The position numbers and the translations under genes were made by a program. Below, in pieces: positions 32,916-39,872 of a stretch of DNA of 39,872 nt. The stretch's first letter is position 1; every line of letters starts with the position of its first letter. The DNA comes from a virus. The DNA lies in the IMG/VR virus record IMGVR_UViG_3300045988_028822, positions 1-39,872 of that record; one strand, written 5' to 3'. The notes beneath the pieces were generated by a model. The model saw nothing but the letters and a program-made list of their open reading frames with translations. It had not been told where the DNA came from and ran no database searches.

Positions 32916-33681
32916 ATGCGATGGCGGGGCCGGGAACGGCCGTGATCGGCACAGCAAAGCAAGGGCACAGCGAAGGCATCGATAAGCTATGAGAGCAAAG
33001 GAAAGGCACCGATGCGCGGCGAAAAGCATCGAAAAGCAACGGATATGCGATGAACCGCATAGTGTCGCGAGGGAGAGGCATGGCTCCGAACGGCGAAGAC
33101 AGGCATTGAACGGCAACGGCGTGGTGTTGCAAAGCGTAGCAATGGCGTTGTGTTGCAGCGTAAAGTTCGGCAAAGGCTTCGACTGCTGCGAGTAGCGAGG
33201 GCATGACTTGGAGCTGCGTAGCGAAGCAAAGGCTTGGTAGGGCAATGCTGGGTACGCAAAGGCTTTGGTATGCAATTCGTGGCAACGGCACTGTAGAGAT
33301 TTGATGTGCCTCGCAAAGGCAAAGAATAGTCTGGCTTCGCGGCGGCATGGGATGCTATGTTTGCGACGGAAAAGCGAGGCAGGGCTATGCTAGGGAATAG
33401 CTACGAGAAGCGCAGCGGAGGCAAAGTGCCGCAAAGCAATGGAAAGGCAAAGACTGCGCGGCAAAGGCGAAGTAAAGCAAGGATTGGCAACGGCGTAGTA
33501 ACGCACGCTTTGCTTCGACAGGCAAGGGCAGAGATGTGCACTGATCGGCACGGCAAAGGCAATGTAAAGCTCGGCAATGCGTAGCGGCGGAAGGGCTGCG
33601 AAGGGCTCAGAGACGCAAAGGCTATGCAGCAAACAGAAAAGCCCCACTCGGCAAGGAAGATTATTTAAGGAGGATGAGAAA
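32916..33681 (+). repeat. Purine-rich non-coding tract with 14 same-strand GCAAAG motifs (7 as GCAAAGGC)
   Basis: Motif starts at 32954, 32995, 33129, 33170, 33226, 33256, 33313, 33319, 33421, 33431, 33447, 33461, 33553 and 33615. The reverse complement occurs only once. Confidence 0.8.
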
Positions 33682-33945
33682 ATGAGTGACGTTGAGATTA
33701 TCACGGAGTTAAACCACCGGGCGGCGCGGGAGCGCGAGCTCGGCGAAAGGTGGGATGAGATCGTCCGGCTTCGCAAGCGGCAAAAGAGCCTGATGAAGAT
33801 CGCGGAAACGGTCTGCTTCTCTGTGGCGTGTATGCTGCTGGGCGGTACGGCGGTTATGCTGGGCTTTGGCCTGTTCCGGGCTGCGGTCACGCTTGGAGGC
33901 GCGGCGGCGTGCTTCTTCGTCGGCGCGGTGCTTACGGGGGCATGA
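33682..33945 (+). CDS. Small membrane protein (87 aa)
   Basis: AAGGAGG RBS 7 nt before the ATG. Two C-terminal TM helices. Confidence 0.55.
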   Translation: MSDVEIITELNHRAARERELGERWDEIVRLRKRQKSLMKIAETVCFSVACMLLGGTAVMLGFGLFRAAVTLGGAAACFFVGAVLTGA

Positions 33946-33946
33946 T

Positions 33947-34120
33947 ATGGAGCATCCTTGTGAGAGCTGCACGAAGGGGCGCGGGGAGAATTGCATGTGC
34001 AACAGATGGCGGGAGTGGTTTCGCTACACATGCGCGAATCCGCCAGAAGCGCCGCAGGAGCAGAAGGTCACGTACCGCGATATCGTGTTCTGGACGGTGT
34101 TTACAGAAGCGTGGAGGTGA
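33947..34120 (+). CDS. Small Cys-rich protein (57 aa)
   Basis: ATG at 33947 lies just after the upstream stop. Motif CESC...CMC. Confidence 0.4.
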   Translation: MEHPCESCTKGRGENCMCNRWREWFRYTCANPPEAPQEQKVTYRDIVFWTVFTEAWR

Positions 34121-34122
34121 AC

Positions 34123-34341
34123 ATGAAGCAGACGGAGAGAATCCTGCAATATATGCGCGACTTCGGCAGCATTACGCAGCTCGAAGCGATTCGGGACATC
34201 AGTTGTATGCGTCTGGGAGCGAGAATCTTTGACCTCAAGCGTGAGGGCTACGAGATCAAGAAGGAAACGGAAACGAGCAAGAACCGGTATGGTGAGGACA
34301 CGAGCTATGCCAGATACAGGTTGGTGGATGATGAAGGATAA
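34123..34341 (+). CDS. Winged-helix DNA-binding protein (72 aa)
   Basis: ILQYMRDFGSITQLEAIRDISCMRLGARIFDLKREGYEI is the pattern of small phage wHTH proteins. Confidence 0.55.
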   Translation: MKQTERILQYMRDFGSITQLEAIRDISCMRLGARIFDLKREGYEIKKETETSKNRYGEDTSYARYRLVDDEG

Positions 34342-34552
34342 GCAGCAAGCGCAATGTATGTTTGACCGGTTCGGCGCTGAGATTTACGAAGGCGAAGAAT
34401 ACTTCGCCGGAAACGAAGGAGATATCTTCGTGTGCGATTCTGAGAACTTTGACCCGGGCAATCATGTCATTTGCGATCTGGTAGAGACGATGGGAACAAA
34501 GTGGATATTAGAGCAGCTGGGGTATCAGAAGAAGACGTTCTGCCCCGGCTGA
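34307..34552 (+). CDS. Hypothetical protein (81 aa; start uncertain)
   Basis: Track ORF 34229..34552. The ATG at 34307 follows GAGGA. Confidence 0.4.
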   Translation: MPDTGWWMMKDKQQAQCMFDRFGAEIYEGEEYFAGNEGDIFVCDSENFDPGNHVICDLVETMGTKWILEQLGYQKKTFCPG

Positions 34553-34565
34553 GAAGGAGGGTAAT

Positions 34566-35210
34566 ATGCTGAAAGGATTTAACGAGCTTGTACAGATCGA
34601 CGTTTTGCCGTTCTGCGACAAGCGGAAGGCGAAGGATGACAACGGGAAGCCGATTGAGGTTCCGTATCTTCCGTGGGCGAAATGCAAAATGCTGCTGCAC
34701 GAAAACGGGGCCAATGAGGTCTATTTTGTGCCGCTGAAAAATGAGACTGGCGGGTACTTATTCCAGTCAAAGGAAGTCCATGACAAGAATGGCAGAACGA
34801 CGGGGTGCTATTTTGTCTCCGTTGAAATCCACATCGACGATAAGACGTTCCGAATGGATATGCCGCTGATGAACGGTTCCTTAGTCGTCTACGATGACAC
34901 ATTGAATCAGCTTCGGATTTCCAACGCTCACGCGAGAGCTTTTGTGAAGGGCGTGGCCATTCACACGGGGCTTGGGTTTAAGCTTTGGCTGAACGACAAG
35001 GACACGGAACGCGCAGACGATGACCTTTCCCAGCACAGCATTATGGCGATCAAGCAAAGAATCGAGCAGCTGATTACTTTGAAGCTGCAAAACGGGGCGG
35101 ATATGAGCTATATCCTCTCGGCGCTTGGGCTGAATCAGAAGAAATTCGATCAGCTGATGGCGTCGTTCGGTAACATTCAGTATCTGGAAAATACGCTGAA
35201 ACGCTTATGA
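34566..35210 (+). CDS. Rad52-superfamily single-strand annealing protein (Sak/DUF1071-like, 214 aa)
   Basis: YLPWAKCKMLL and ARAFVKGVAIHTGLGFKLW motifs. Followed by an exonuclease gene. Confidence 0.6.
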   Translation: MLKGFNELVQIDVLPFCDKRKAKDDNGKPIEVPYLPWAKCKMLLHENGANEVYFVPLKNETGGYLFQSKEVHDKNGRTTGCYFVSVEIHIDDKTFRMDMPLMNGSLVVYDDTLNQLRISNAHARAFVKGVAIHTGLGFKLWLNDKDTERADDDLSQHSIMAIKQRIEQLITLKLQNGADMSYILSALGLNQKKFDQLMASFGNIQYLENTLKRL

Positions 35211-35767
35211 TACACGACCACGACAGAAGCGGATGGTTCGGCGCTTCGGATACGGCGGCGATCATGGGCAGATGGGGCACAAAGACGTTCCGCAGCTTTT
35301 GGCTGCAAAAGCTCGGCGTGAACCGCGACCACTTTTCGACACTGGAAATGGATACCGGAAGTGCTTACGAACACAGGATTCTGGAGCATATCGGTATCCG
35401 GAAGATGGACAGGCAGATCAGGATTCGACGGCTCCGGCTTCGGGTGAATCTGGATGGAGAGGACGCGCAGGAAATATCAGAGGTAAAGACGCACAAGGGA
35501 GAATCCTTCAAGGTGTCCCGCGCGTACTGGATGCAGGCGCAGGTCGAAATGTTCGCGGCGAAAAAGAATTTGCGTATCGTTGCGTACCATCTGGAACCGG
35601 AAGACTACAGAAACTGGTTTCGGGAGATTGCGGACGATAGGCTGTCCTATCATCCGATACCGTATGATCGGGAATGGATAGAAGGGGAGTATCTGCCACG
35701 GCTTCGGTATCTTGCGAAGTGTCTCAGAAAGGGGGTCATTCCGGTTGAGGGAGCTGAACATAGTTGA
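35207..35767 (+). CDS. YqaJ-like PD-(D/E)XK recombination exonuclease (186 aa)
   Basis: WFGASDTAAIMG, LDGEDAQEISEVKT, AYWMQAQVEMF. Confidence 0.7.
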   Translation: MIHDHDRSGWFGASDTAAIMGRWGTKTFRSFWLQKLGVNRDHFSTLEMDTGSAYEHRILEHIGIRKMDRQIRIRRLRLRVNLDGEDAQEISEVKTHKGESFKVSRAYWMQAQVEMFAAKKNLRIVAYHLEPEDYRNWFREIADDRLSYHPIPYDREWIEGEYLPRLRYLAKCLRKGVIPVEGAEHS

Positions 35768-35780
35768 AGCTTCGTGGAGC

Positions 35781-36314
35781 ATGGACGCTTCGGGGAGCTG
35801 GTTGAAACTCCGACCGGAGCTTCCAGGACAAGCCCAGATGGTAGCCGGGGAACTCGACCCGCAGAAGAAGTACACGGTCACGATCAAGGAATTTCGCAAG
35901 AAGCGGAGTCTGGATGCAAACCGGTATCTTTGGGTGCTTTGCAATAAGCTTTCGGTCAAGGTGGGCGCGCCGCCGGAAGAAATCTACCGGCACTATATCC
36001 CGGACGTTGGCGATAACTCCGATACGATCTGCATTCCGGACGCAGCGGTCAAGCGGTTTCGGGAAGGCTGGGAATCGCGCGGTCTCGGATGGGGTACGGA
36101 GATTATGGCGTCAAAAATTCCGGGCTGCACGAACGTCATTTGCTACTACGGCTCAAGCACCTACGACACAAAGCAGATGGCGCGGCTCATTGATCTGGTC
36201 GTTGAGGATTGCAAACAGCAGGGCATTGAGACGCTCCCGCCGGAAGAACTCGAGCGTATGGCGCTGGAATGGAGGCAGGATGAGAAAGGAAACGAAGGCG
36301 ACAAAGATACCTGA
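35781..36314 (+). CDS. ninB: NinB/Orf-family recombination mediator (177 aa)
   Basis: KKRSLDANRYLWVLCNKLS and YGSSTYDTKQMARLIDLVVEDCKQQGIE parallel lambda NinB's RSLDQNRKLWA and GQSTSRM..FAELLE...G. Confidence 0.6.
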   Translation: MDASGSWLKLRPELPGQAQMVAGELDPQKKYTVTIKEFRKKRSLDANRYLWVLCNKLSVKVGAPPEEIYRHYIPDVGDNSDTICIPDAAVKRFREGWESRGLGWGTEIMASKIPGCTNVICYYGSSTYDTKQMARLIDLVVEDCKQQGIETLPPEELERMALEWRQDEKGNEGDKDT

Positions 36315-36579
36315 GAAGGTCAAAAAGGCCGTCTGGGAGCGCGACGGCGGACGCTGCATCGTCTGCCTCCGCCCCGGCAATCCGTGGTGTCATTTCATCC
36401 CACGCTCGCAGGGCGGGCTTGGAATCGAGCAGAACATTGTGACGTTATGCAATAAGTGCCACGAAGACTTTGACCAGACGGAAAAGAGAAAACATATGCA
36501 GGCGTATATCAGGTGGTATCTCAAGATGAAATATCCCGATTGGGAGGAAACGAAACTGGTTTATAAGAAAGGAATGTAG
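36280..36579 (+). CDS. HNH endonuclease (99 aa)
   Basis: RDGGRCIVC...CHFIPRSQGG...NIVTLCNKCHEDFD. Confidence 0.75.
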   Translation: MRKETKATKIPEKVKKAVWERDGGRCIVCLRPGNPWCHFIPRSQGGLGIEQNIVTLCNKCHEDFDQTEKRKHMQAYIRWYLKMKYPDWEETKLVYKKGM

Positions 36580-36581
36580 GA

Positions 36582-37007
36582 ATGCTGAACCACATTACCA
36601 TTATGGGGCGGTTGACCCGTGACCCGGAACTGAGAAAGACGCAGGGCGGAACGTCCGCTGCATCCTTCACGCTGGCGGTTGACCGCGACCTCACGCCGAA
36701 GGGCGGAGAGAAAGAGACGGATTTTATCGATTGCGTCGCGTGGGCGGGAACAGCTGAATTTGTAAGCGGTTACTTTTTCAAGGGCAGTATGGCCGTCGTG
36801 GACGGCAGATTGCAGCTGCGCGACTGGAAGGACAAGAACGGAAACAAGCGCCGGTCTGCTGAGATCGTAGCGAACCGTGTTTACTTCGGCGAAGGAAAGA
36901 AATCTTCGGAGCCGCAGAACCTGGAAAACCCCGGCAGGTTTACGATGATGAAAGATGACGGCGGGTTTACGATGATGGAAGATGACGGCGAAGAACTGCC
37001 GTTCTAA
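36582..37007 (+). CDS. ssb: Single-stranded DNA-binding protein (141 aa)
   Basis: MLNHITIMGRLTRDPELR... OB-fold signature and an acidic C-terminal tip DDGEELPF. Confidence 0.9.
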   Translation: MLNHITIMGRLTRDPELRKTQGGTSAASFTLAVDRDLTPKGGEKETDFIDCVAWAGTAEFVSGYFFKGSMAVVDGRLQLRDWKDKNGNKRRSAEIVANRVYFGEGKKSSEPQNLENPGRFTMMKDDGGFTMMEDDGEELPF

Positions 37008-37019
37008 GGCGGTGGCGGT

Positions 37020-37736
37020 ATGGCAAACAACAAAGACCCTGCCGTCTTGTTTTACACGTCGGATTTCCTATCCGGCTGTGCCTTGATGGATATGCGGGAG
37101 CGTGGGCAGTATATCACGCTCCTGTGCCTCCAAAGAGAGCGCGGGCATATGACGATGCAGGAAATCATACGGGCTGTCAAAAAGCCGTCAGACGAGGTTA
37201 TGAGCAAGTTTCAGAAGGATGATGACGGCAAGTACTTCAATCGCCGGATGGAGCTTGAAATCGAAAAACGGGACAAGCATTGCCAGCGTCAAAGGGAGAA
37301 CATCAGCAAGCGTTGGAACAAAGAAAATGATAACTCTGGTATGGATGATGGTAGTGCTTGCGGTAATACCACGGTATTACCTTTAGGAAATGGAAATGGA
37401 AATAGAAAAGAGAGTAGTTCTATTTCTGAGAAGAAACGTAAGAAATTTATACCACCTACGTTGGAAGATGTTTCCGCATACGCGAAGGAGCGTGGAGTCC
37501 CGAATCTGGCACAGAAATTTTTCGACTATTATTCTGCCGGAAATTGGGTCGACGGTAAGGGTGACCTCGTACGGAACTGGAAACAGAAGTTTTTGACATG
37601 GGAATCGAAAGAACGTGAGAAGGGCACGCCGTCACAGCCGGGGAAGAAGCCGGGATACAACGTGCAGCATCACGACGGCGATCTGAGCGACTTACAGAAA
37701 GCGGCGATTCAGCGGATGATGGGGGAGAAAGCATGA
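37020..37736 (+). CDS. DUF1376 (YdaU-like) replication organiser/initiator-type protein (238 aa)
   Basis: AVLFYTSDFLSGCALMDMRERGQYITLLCL. The low-GC linker and the C-terminal FIPPTLEDVSAYAKERG...NWKQKFLTW module are seen in phage replication proteins. Confidence 0.6.
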   Translation: MANNKDPAVLFYTSDFLSGCALMDMRERGQYITLLCLQRERGHMTMQEIIRAVKKPSDEVMSKFQKDDDGKYFNRRMELEIEKRDKHCQRQRENISKRWNKENDNSGMDDGSACGNTTVLPLGNGNGNRKESSSISEKKRKKFIPPTLEDVSAYAKERGVPNLAQKFFDYYSAGNWVDGKGDLVRNWKQKFLTWESKEREKGTPSQPGKKPGYNVQHHDGDLSDLQKAAIQRMMGEKA

Positions 37737-37945
37737 TGAAGCAGAAAGTCAAATGCGGCCGCGATCAGGCCGAACGTGTCGCTTGGAGAATCCTCAAAGA
37801 TTGGGTGGCAGCACAAATGGCGATTCTGGAATCTGAGATGGTACAAATGGACGAAGTCTTCCTGCCGTACATGGTAAACGATTCCGGGCAGACGCTTTTC
37901 CAGTGCTACCGGAACAAACAGCTTGCGATTGGAGGGACACGATGA
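37733..37945 (+). CDS. Hypothetical protein (70 aa)
   Basis: Track ORF whose start and stop overlap its neighbours. Confidence 0.45.
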   Translation: MMKQKVKCGRDQAERVAWRILKDWVAAQMAILESEMVQMDEVFLPYMVNDSGQTLFQCYRNKQLAIGGTR

Positions 37946-38793
37946 TTGCCCGCGTCTTCCCCAGAAAAACGAACGCTTCCCCGACGGACGCGCTGGCGTT
38001 CTTCCGGGAGCCGACGATTGAGAACATCGCGGACTGCATCAAGGCGGGAGTGACAAAGGTACATATTTCCGTGACGTTCACGTGGGATTTGGAACGTGCA
38101 GAGGAACTATACGACACATGGCAGATTCTCGGCGTACCGGTAGAAGTCGGCGGTCCGGCATTCGATGATCGCATGGGAGACTTCACACCGGGGCTTTACC
38201 TGCGTGACGGTTTGATTTTTACCTCGCGGGGATGCACAAAGGACTGCTGGTTTTGCTCCGTACCGCGCTGCGCGCATGGCGTAATTCGGGAGCTTCCGAT
38301 TGTGGACGGCTGGAACATCCTTGACGACAACATTCTCGGAACGTCAGAAACGCATTTCCGGGCAGTTTGTGACATGCTTAAGAGGCAGAAACACAGGGCA
38401 ATTTTTACGGGAGGCTTAGAACCGGCGCTATTGCAGCAATGGCAAGCGGAACTTCTACATGAGATAAAACCGGCAAGGCTATACACGGCGTATGACACTC
38501 GTGACGATCTGGAACCGCTGATCGAGATGGGCAAGAAGCTGCGGGCAGCAGGATTTCGCCCGGTAAGCCAGACCATGCGCTGCTATGTGCTGTGCGGCTA
38601 CGACGGAGACAGCTTTGAGGACGCTGAAAAGCGCCTGGCGCAGACCATGCGTGCTGGATTCGTGCCGTATGCCATGCTGTTTCGCGGAGAGGATGGAAAG
38701 TACGATTCTGAGTGGCGGAGGTTCCAGCGCGAATGGTGCCGCCCGATTATCACCGGGAAAAAGTTCAACGAATTTTGGAAGGAGACGACATGA
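37942..38793 (+). CDS. Radical SAM protein of unknown function (283 aa)
   Basis: The CX3CX2C cluster motif GCTKDCWFCSV (about 38233-38260) follows a Rossmann-like N-terminal segment. Confidence 0.65.
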   Translation: MIARVFPRKTNASPTDALAFFREPTIENIADCIKAGVTKVHISVTFTWDLERAEELYDTWQILGVPVEVGGPAFDDRMGDFTPGLYLRDGLIFTSRGCTKDCWFCSVPRCAHGVIRELPIVDGWNILDDNILGTSETHFRAVCDMLKRQKHRAIFTGGLEPALLQQWQAELLHEIKPARLYTAYDTRDDLEPLIEMGKKLRAAGFRPVSQTMRCYVLCGYDGDSFEDAEKRLAQTMRAGFVPYAMLFRGEDGKYDSEWRRFQREWCRPIITGKKFNEFWKETT

Positions 38794-39341
38794 CAGAAAA
38801 GGAAATTATACGGGCGCTGCGTATCTGCGCGACGCATGAGGACAAGGGTTGCGGGCTTTGCCCACAAAGGAAGTATGTGCTTTGCGCGGAGCGGCTGGCG
38901 GATGAAGCTATCACCATGATCGAGCGCCTGACCGCCGAGAATGCGGCACTCCGCGAAGGCGCGAGTCTTGGGAAAGTAAAACGCCCGCAGAAAAAAGCAT
39001 ATGAAAAATCCATTGAATTTCTGCGCGCGCCGACAGATGGGCAATCGGACGAGATAAAAAGTCTCAGAAGAGAACTTGAATGGAAGGACATGGTGATTAT
39101 CCTCGCCCAGAGAAAGCAGACGGAGGCAAAGGCCGAGAGGGACGCGCTGATCGAGCAAATAAAAGAGCGGCATGACTGCATGGACTGCAAGCATAACGAT
39201 TTTTGCGAATTTGACAGTGATACTGTCTTTGACTGCATGAACTGCGTGCAGGAAGAATGTCCATGCGCCGGGTGCTGCGATTCCAGCCGCTGGGAATGGC
39301 GCGGCTTACCGGAAGCGGCGGAGGAAGGAGAAAAGGCATGA
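38790..39341 (+). CDS. Cys-rich coiled-coil protein (183 aa)
   Basis: ATG at 38790 overlaps the upstream stop (ATGA). Motifs CGLCP...C and, C-terminally, CMDCKHNDFC...CMNCVQEECPCAGCC. Confidence 0.5.
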   Translation: MTEKEIIRALRICATHEDKGCGLCPQRKYVLCAERLADEAITMIERLTAENAALREGASLGKVKRPQKKAYEKSIEFLRAPTDGQSDEIKSLRRELEWKDMVIILAQRKQTEAKAERDALIEQIKERHDCMDCKHNDFCEFDSDTVFDCMNCVQEECPCAGCCDSSRWEWRGLPEAAEEGEKA

Positions 39342-39766
39342 AAGCTGTTTTAATCAGCATCCGCCAGAAGTGGTTCGAGAAGATCATAAGCGGAGAGAAA
39401 ACGATTGAGGTGCGCAAGACGCGCCCGAAGATGAACCCGCCGTTTAAGTGCTATATCTACAAATGTGGAAACGGCAAAGTCATCGGGGAGTTTCTGTGCG
39501 ATGAGATCATCAAAATTAACGGCGCGGGAAGAATCCCGTCGGATGCTGCGCGGCCAACCTGCCTAAAGCCTGCGGAGCTGCACCAGTATCTCGGCGCTGC
39601 CACCGGCTTCGGCTGGCACATCTCAGATTTGCGCATTTACGATCACCCGCGCGATCTGTGGGAGTTTACCGGTCTGCGGGGGACCAAATACGGCCTTGCG
39701 CCCGGGCCCATCACCCGCCCGCCGCAGAGCTGGCGGTATGTGGAGGAAGAGCTATGGAACGACTGA
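39338..39766 (+). CDS. ASCH (PUA-like) domain protein (142 aa)
   Basis: MKAVLISIRQKWFEKIISGEKTIEVRKTRPK is typical of ASCH N-termini. Confidence 0.6.
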   Translation: MKAVLISIRQKWFEKIISGEKTIEVRKTRPKMNPPFKCYIYKCGNGKVIGEFLCDEIIKINGAGRIPSDAARPTCLKPAELHQYLGAATGFGWHISDLRIYDHPRDLWEFTGLRGTKYGLAPGPITRPPQSWRYVEEELWND

Positions 39767-39872
39767 CTTATTTCAAAGACGGATACTGGCGGGTAAATTT
39801 CAGCGGAGTGCAGTACCAGGCGGATTTTGTTGATCGACTTGCGGCCTACGAGGACATTGCCGAGTTGTGCGG
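39754..39872 (+). repeat. Terminal direct repeat, copy 2 (duplicate 5' end of the gene at 1..417)
   Basis: Identical to nt 1-119. Confidence 0.95.

Larger units (their letters stand above)
1..39872. mobile_element. Complete temperate phage genome, circularly closed (unit approx 39,753 bp)
   Basis: Terminase, portal, capsid, lysis, integrase/repressor and replication modules are all present once. The first 119 nt are repeated exactly at the end. Confidence 0.85.

Noticed and set aside
32796-33348. Three overlapping minus-strand ORFs (159, 165 and 111 aa) covering the same DNA in all three frames
   Set aside because: They exist only because the + strand is depleted in TTA/CTA/TCA (purine-rich tract). 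The recurrent DNA motif falls in different frames, the products are low-complexity (A/L/P/C/S/R-rich), no RBS is visible, and they run against the surrounding operon.
32989-33500. Possible TAG-recoded gene: one + frame across the repeat tract is interrupted only by TAG codons (33196, 33238, about 33391) before a TAG-TAA
   Set aside because: TAG clearly terminates well-defined genes in this genome (terL at 8428-8430, HNH at 36577-36579, and 28158..28610). The predicted peptide is low-complexity, and the GCAAAG motif is not frame-locked.
33390-34031. 213-aa minus-strand ORF
   Set aside because: It overlaps the plus-strand genes 33682..33945 and 33947..34120, which have good RBSs, and it extends into the biased tract. 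The sequence is P/S/A/R-rich and looks spurious.

Overview
The window appears to be one complete, circularly closed genome (unit about 39,753 bp) of a temperate dsDNA phage. Nt 1-119 are repeated exactly at 39754-39872. GC content and protein motifs suggest a Firmicutes/Clostridia-type host, but that is inference only.

Reading from nt 1, the layout is:
- A run of small Cys-rich early (nin-like) genes, with a Lar-like Zn-ribbon, a divergent ThyX-like protein and a RuvC-like resolvase.
- A minus-strand accessory cassette (J-domain protein plus an unknown) facing an RHH regulator across a triple-repeat operator.
- terS, an unexplained 544-nt structured non-coding spacer, then terL.
- A podovirus-like virion module: scaffold, HK97-type capsid with an Ig-like tail, portal downstream of the capsid, fibres, and a 2405-aa polyvalent-type giant protein. 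No tube or tape-measure set is present.
- Lysis genes (XhlA-like, holin, Cys-peptidase endolysin).
- An accessory cassette next to attP.
- attP, which carries a tRNA 3'-end mimic flanked by arm repeats.
- Integrase, a cI-like repressor, a cro-like gene and further HTH genes.
- A recombination/replication module: DUF1071/Rad52-like SSAP, YqaJ exonuclease, NinB, HNH, SSB and a DUF1376 organiser.
- A radical-SAM protein and an ASCH protein.

The most unusual element is a 766-nt purine-rich non-coding tract (32916-33681). It carries 14 same-strand copies of GCAAAG and lies directly downstream of a conserved protein with RAMP/Cas7-like motifs.

All family assignments come from motif recognition by eye. 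No alignments or searches were run.
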